20,000 nucleotides of DNA from an uncultured virus (IMG/VR IMGVR_UViG_3300047673_000294) (lineage: Duplodnaviria > Heunggongvirae > Uroviricota > Caudoviricetes): the IMG/VR virus record IMGVR_UViG_3300047673_000294. One strand, written 5' to 3'. The position numbers were made by a program, and so were the translations under genes. The number at the start of each line of letters is the position of its first letter. Positions within the stretch are counted from its first letter, which is position 1. Below are positions 17,124 through 20,000 of the stretch, piece after piece. Under the pieces are notes generated by a model that saw nothing but the letters and a program-made list of their open reading frames with translations, was not told where the DNA came from and made no database searches.

Positions 17124-17165
17124 GCCGCGTTGCGCGGCGAAAATGCCGTCACATTGCGTGACAGC
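17124..17165 (-). promoter_or_regulatory. Paired GCAAY-loop hairpins in the terminase-operon leader
   Basis: Minus strand: GCTGTCAC-GCAAT-GTGACGGC (one G-U pair), then GCCGC-GCAAC-GCGGC, just before the RBS. Confidence 0.55.
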
Positions 17166-17322
17166 GGAGCATGATCACCGGGGGCTCTGAACCCGGAAAA
17201 CCTGGGAGCCACCTCCCCGGCGGTCCTTGTCAGATCTTGATCTTGGGGTACCCCCCCAGGTGATCATGAAAAAAATGTCACCCTGGGTAACCTTTGGCCA
17301 CGGATTGGGCGGCCCTGGGTGA
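17166..17322. other. Probable cos / packaging-initiation region
   Basis: Non-coding gap between the HNH cluster and terS. Contains the palindrome GGGGTACCCC (17245-17254), an A7 tract (17269-17275), repeated TGATCA and CCTGGG boxes, and a candidate overhang CGCCGGGGA (minus strand, 17214-17222). Confidence 0.6.
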
Positions 17323-17553
17323 TCATCGCCAGAGGTACAGGGCCTCGCCGTCCTGGTGCCGGTGCTCGTGCTCCGGGGCGCCGGGCGGCAGGTCCGGGTC
17401 GGGGGCCGGCCCGGTGCAGGTGACGTGCGCCAGGGCCGGCAGGAAGTGAGGCCGGCCGCACACGGTCTCCTGCGCCTCGGCCGCTGTCTGGCCCTCGCGC
17501 TCCGTCTGCTCTGCCTGCTGCTCGTCGTCCCTTGCCTTGGCCTTGGTCGTCAC
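17323..17553 (-). CDS. Hypothetical protein (76 aa) with Cys/His residues in its C-terminal half
   Basis: GAGGAG RBS and GTG start overlapping the upstream stop (GTGA). Confidence 0.7.
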   Translation of the reverse strand: MTTKAKARDDEQQAEQTEREGQTAAEAQETVCGRPHFLPALAHVTCTGPAPDPDLPPGAPEHEHRHQDGEALYLWR

Positions 17554-17804
17554 TGTGTCTCCTCATGTGGTGTCTGGCCGAGCCCCTTGAGCGCGGCCGC
17601 GCTGTCGGACAGCAGCGTCTTGCCGAGCACCTCGTCCCGAATGAAGGTGAGACAGTCGGCCTCGGTGAAGAAGGCGACACCACCGAGGGAGAAGCAGCCG
17701 GGCCCGGCCTGAAGGGTCGCGAGCCACGGGGCTTCGGGTGCGAAGGGGTTGGTCTCGGGGTCGTCATCGTGCTCAGCCCACCAACCGTCACGTGTCGTTG
17801 TCAC
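17550..17804 (-). CDS. Hypothetical protein (84 aa)
   Basis: Start reassigned to GTG at 17804 (GTGA overlap with the HNH stop; AGGAGG 9 nt upstream): MTTTRDGWWAEHDDDPE... Confidence 0.65.
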   Translation of the reverse strand: MTTTRDGWWAEHDDDPETNPFAPEAPWLATLQAGPGCFSLGGVAFFTEADCLTFIRDEVLGKTLLSDSAAALKGLGQTPHEETQ

Positions 17805-18157
17805 GCGTTCCATCCTCCTGGCTGGTGCTTGGCTGTCTCGCTGCTGTGGCACGGTCCGCAGAGACCGCGACCATGCCGGGGATCGTCGGGGTCCAGGCCA
17901 GCGGCGACGAGCGCCTTGCGGTCGAGCGGCCAGTGATCGGCGTGCTTGCTTGGTACGTTCCTGCACAGCACGCAGGTTGGGTCCTTGGCGAGGACGCCGG
18001 GGCGGAAGCGGCTCACGTGCCCGCGGCCGTAGCCGCGCTGTCGTGCGCTGCCTCGCTGCTTCTCAGCCTCGCTGCGGTGGTCGTCGCACTTGCCGTGCTG
18101 CGTGTATTCGGGGCAGCGGGGCACCGAGCAGACGCGCCAGCTCTGGGACTTGGGCAT
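17801..18157 (-). CDS. Phage HNH endonuclease (terminase-associated type, 118 aa)
   Basis: Start reassigned to ATG at 18157 (GGAGG RBS); 'CSVPRC...C..H', 'ARQRGY', 'CVLC...ADH' and 'LCGPCH..ETA' motifs; lies upstream of terS. Confidence 0.88.
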   Translation of the reverse strand: MPKSQSWRVCSVPRCPEYTQHGKCDDHRSEAEKQRGSARQRGYGRGHVSRFRPGVLAKDPTCVLCRNVPSKHADHWPLDRKALVAAGLDPDDPRHGRGLCGPCHSSETAKHQPGGWNA

Positions 18158-18197
18158 GCCGCCTCCGCTACGGTGTCGCCCCTTGGGGGTGGTGAGC

Positions 18198-18359
18198 ATG
18201 AAGCAGAAGCTGGACGTTCCACTCGGGATCGTCGTGGCCGGCGTGGTGCTGATGATCGGCTGCCGACTGATCACGTGGTGGCCGGGTGTGATCGTGGGCG
18301 CGGCGCTGATCCTCGGCGTCCTGGCCTCGGTGGCTGTGAAGCGGAGGCCGAGGCAGTAG
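18198..18359 (+). CDS. Small antisense membrane protein (53 aa), moron-like
   Basis: MKQKLDVPLGIVVAGVVLMIGCRLITWWPGVIVGAALILGVLASVAVKRRPRQ: two hydrophobic helices with basic ends; fills an otherwise empty gap; followed by a terminator. Confidence 0.7.
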   Translation: MKQKLDVPLGIVVAGVVLMIGCRLITWWPGVIVGAALILGVLASVAVKRRPRQ

Positions 18360-18386
18360 CGTCGGCGCGCGCCGACGTTGGGCACG

Positions 18387-18422
18387 ACGAAGCCCCCGGG
18401 TTCAGGTCACCGGGGGCTTCGT
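18387..18422. terminator. Bidirectional intrinsic terminator
   Basis: Perfect 13-bp inverted repeat ACGAAGCCCCCGG / CCGGGGGCTTCGT with a 10-nt loop, between convergent genes. Confidence 0.85.
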
Positions 18423-18465
18423 GTGCGTCTGTGGTGCCCATGTGCGGGCACAGCTGTACGCCGAA

Positions 18466-18494
18466 AGCGTTACATGTCGCTGACCTGCGGTCAA
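18466..18494 (-). promoter_or_regulatory. Possible late promoter
   Basis: Minus strand TTGACC-N16-TAACGCT overlapping the HTH stop codon; the -35 overlaps the palindrome TGACC-N3-GGTCA (18481-18493). The -10 match is imperfect. Confidence 0.3.
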
Positions 18495-18691
18495 GCGGCC
18501 TTGCGGGTCTGTCGTTTGGCGGCGAGGGCGGCGACGTCTTGGATGGGGTACCAGGGCTGCCCGACGGTGCCGCCGGAGCGGGTGAGCTGTCCGCGGTGGA
18601 CGAGGAGGCGGACACCTCCGAGGGTAATGCCGAGCTGCCGGGCGACCTGGTGGGCGGTCAGGTGGCCGGGCCGGATGATCTGCGACTCCAT
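18491..18691 (-). CDS. Small MerR/excisionase-like helix-turn-helix DNA-binding protein (66 aa)
   Basis: Start reassigned to ATG at 18691: 'LTAHQVARQLGITLGGVRLLVHRGQL...WY...DVAAL', a typical MerR/Xis-type HTH pattern. Confidence 0.8.
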   Translation of the reverse strand: MESQIIRPGHLTAHQVARQLGITLGGVRLLVHRGQLTRSGGTVGQPWYPIQDVAALAAKRQTRKAA

Positions 18692-18737
18692 GCCTCCATG
18701 ATGCGGCCTGCGGGGGTTTTCAGGGTCATCCCTAAGA

Positions 18738-18882
18738 ACCCCTCTACGCCCACTACGACGCAGGTGAGGGCCCACTACAGGGGGGTCTACGGCGGTAGAG
18801 ACCCCCCTCTAGATCCACTCGCCGGGTAGGGGTGGTCAAGAGGGGGTCTCGTAGCGGGGGTTGTAGAGCCCTACCCCTCTAC
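18738..18882. repeat. CTAC/GTAG-rich direct and inverted repeat tract (clt-like) just downstream of the FtsK/TraB gene
   Basis: ACCCCTCTAC at 18738-18747 and 18873-18882; GCCCACTAC at 18748-18756 and 18770-18778; perfect 10-bp IR AGGGGGGTCT (18779-18788) / AGACCCCCCT (18799-18808); near-IR AGAGGGGGTCTC (18839-18850); GTAGAG at 18795 and 18863. Confidence 0.65.
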
Positions 18883-20000
18883 CGGGCGTTGAGGAGCTCG
18901 GCTGGCATCGCGGCTTCGAGGTCCTCGCGGCGGTACCCGGCGAGGTTCTTGCCGCCGATGTTGACCTGCTTGGTCATGCGCTTCACGCCGGCGTCCTCCA
19001 GCTCCTTGGCGAGGCGTTCGGCGTCCCAGTCGCCGTAGTCCTCGTCGAGGTTCTCCAGCCGGGCGAGGAGGTCGACGGTGTGGAGCTTGGGGCTGTGCCG
19101 CATGACGGCGAGGCAGTCGGACAGGACGGGGCTGATGGTGATGCCGGAGGCTTCGGCGATGACGCTGGGGTCGTTGGCGGCGTCGCCGGTGAGCTGGCCG
19201 CAGCCTTCGCGCAGGGCGCGGCCCTTGGCGCACATGGTGTTGAAGGCGGCGGTCTCCAGCATGTCGGCCTTCACGGTGACGAAGGATGCCGGACCGGTGA
19301 CGAGGACGCCGACGCCCTTGTGCTCCTCGGAGAGGACGGACGCGTCCGCGCCCTGGGAGGCCTTGCTCTTGCCGAGGATCATGTCGGAGGACGTCTGGTC
19401 GGTGACCTGCGTCGAGTAGCGGATGGTGATGATCTCGCGGAGCTTGGTGGGCACGGACTTGGCGTCGGGGCGCTGGGAGGCGTAGTTGGAGATGAACCCG
19501 GCGGCGGGGCCGCGGCGGGCGATGCGCGCCATGTCGTTGATGATCTCCTCGCGCTCCTGGTCGTCGACGGCGAGGAACGCTTCCTGCAGCTCGTCGACGG
19601 TGAACAGGACGAACGGCATGTTGTAGCGCTTGACGATCTCGGGGGTGAGCTTGCCCTCGGGGCAGATCGAGGTGGGCAGGCCGCGCAGGATGGAGAAGCG
19701 GCGCTCCATCTCGGCGAGCAGCTCTTTCAGCAGGGCCCGGAAGGCGAGGATGGCGTCCTCTTCGGCGCCGAGGACCAGGCGGTGGGCGACTTGCCGCGTC
19801 TGGATCCAGTCCTGGCCGCCCTTGAAGTCGCAGACGTAGTGACGGACGTAGGGGTCGAGGAGGCCGGCGGCGGTCAGGAGGCGCTGGGAGAAGGTCTTGC
19901 CGCGCCGGGGCAGGCCTCCGAAGAACATCGACTGCCAGACGATGGGCAGGGTGACACGGTTGCCGCGGGCGTCCTGGCCGAAGGGGATCGGGTCCCAGAT
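18879..20000 (-). CDS. FtsK/SpoIIIE-family DNA translocase, TraB-like (5' end outside the window)
   Basis: Frame open to the window edge (IWDPIPFGQDARG...). Walker A GLPRRGKT, 'DFKGG', Walker B LFTVDELQE, 'SQRP' motif, and a C-terminal winged-helix-like domain (LHTVDLLARL...ERLAKEL...GYRREDL). Confidence 0.9.
   Translation of the reverse strand: MWDPIPFGQDARGNRVTLPIVWQSMFFGGLPRRGKTFSQRLLTAAGLLDPYVRHYVCDFKGGQDWIQTRQVAHRLVLGAEEDAILAFRALLKELLAEMERRFSILRGLPTSICPEGKLTPEIVKRYNMPFVLFTVDELQEAFLAVDDQEREEIINDMARIARRGPAAGFISNYASQRPDAKSVPTKLREIITIRYSTQVTDQTSSDMILGKSKASQGADASVLSEEHKGVGVLVTGPASFVTVKADMLETAAFNTMCAKGRALREGCGQLTGDAANDPSVIAEASGITISPVLSDCLAVMRHSPKLHTVDLLARLENLDEDYGDWDAERLAKELEDAGVKRMTKQVNIGGKNLAGYRREDLEAAMPAELLNAR

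Larger units (their letters stand above)
1..20000 (-). mobile_element. Siphovirus-type prophage/phage (actinobacterial), DNA packaging, head and tail module; extends beyond both window edges
   Basis: Co-oriented, tightly coupled genes in the canonical order HNH-terS-terL-portal-MuF-scaffold-MCP-connectors-MTP-TAC-TMP-Dit-tail tip. No broken frames seen. No integrase or att site in the window. Confidence 0.95.

Noticed and set aside
1..18157. Gene transfer agent, tailocin or contractile injection system
   Set aside because: No sheath or contractile baseplate genes; a full head module with HNH and a cos-like site points to sequence-specific packaging by an ordinary siphovirus.
18158..18385. 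Longer N-terminus for HNH, and similar over-extended starts for 7816-8334, 8578-9138, 8976-9407, 17550-17966 and 18491-18775
   Set aside because: Downstream starts have RBSs or stop-start overlaps, and the extensions overlap other genes or repeat tracts.
18879..20000. Host cell-division FtsK or type VII secretion EccC
   Set aside because: The visible part has one ATPase domain followed by a short plasmid-type winged helix in a mobile-element context. Not fully excluded, because the N-terminus is outside the window.
1..20000. bldA-dependent TTA codons as a developmental control
   Set aside because: The plus-strand TAA triplets I checked in minus-strand genes (about 3916, 4976, 5566, 5710, 18625) are all out of frame; manual scan only.

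Overview
High-GC actinobacterial (Streptomyces-like) siphovirus or prophage morphogenesis region, almost entirely on the minus strand. In transcription order (right to left): 3' part of an FtsK/SpoIIIE (TraB-like) DNA translocase gene; a CTAC/GTAG-rich repeat tract; a small HTH gene; a bidirectional terminator; a small antisense membrane-protein gene; HNH endonuclease; two small ORFs; a probable cos region; a small membrane ORF; terS; terL; portal; MuF-like minor head protein; scaffold; major capsid; decoration-like protein; head-tail joining genes; a second decoration-like paralog with its own terminator; major tail protein; tail assembly chaperone with a CCCTTTC -1 frameshift; tape measure; Dit; a tail-tip protein; and a truncated tail hub gene. 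The most notable points are (i) a conjugative-type TraB/FtsK translocase with a clt-like repeat tract directly beside an apparently intact virion operon, suggesting a phage that may also spread by mycelial conjugation, and (ii) paired hairpins with GCAAY loops in two separate late-gene leaders. All product calls come from visual motif recognition and synteny; no database search was run.
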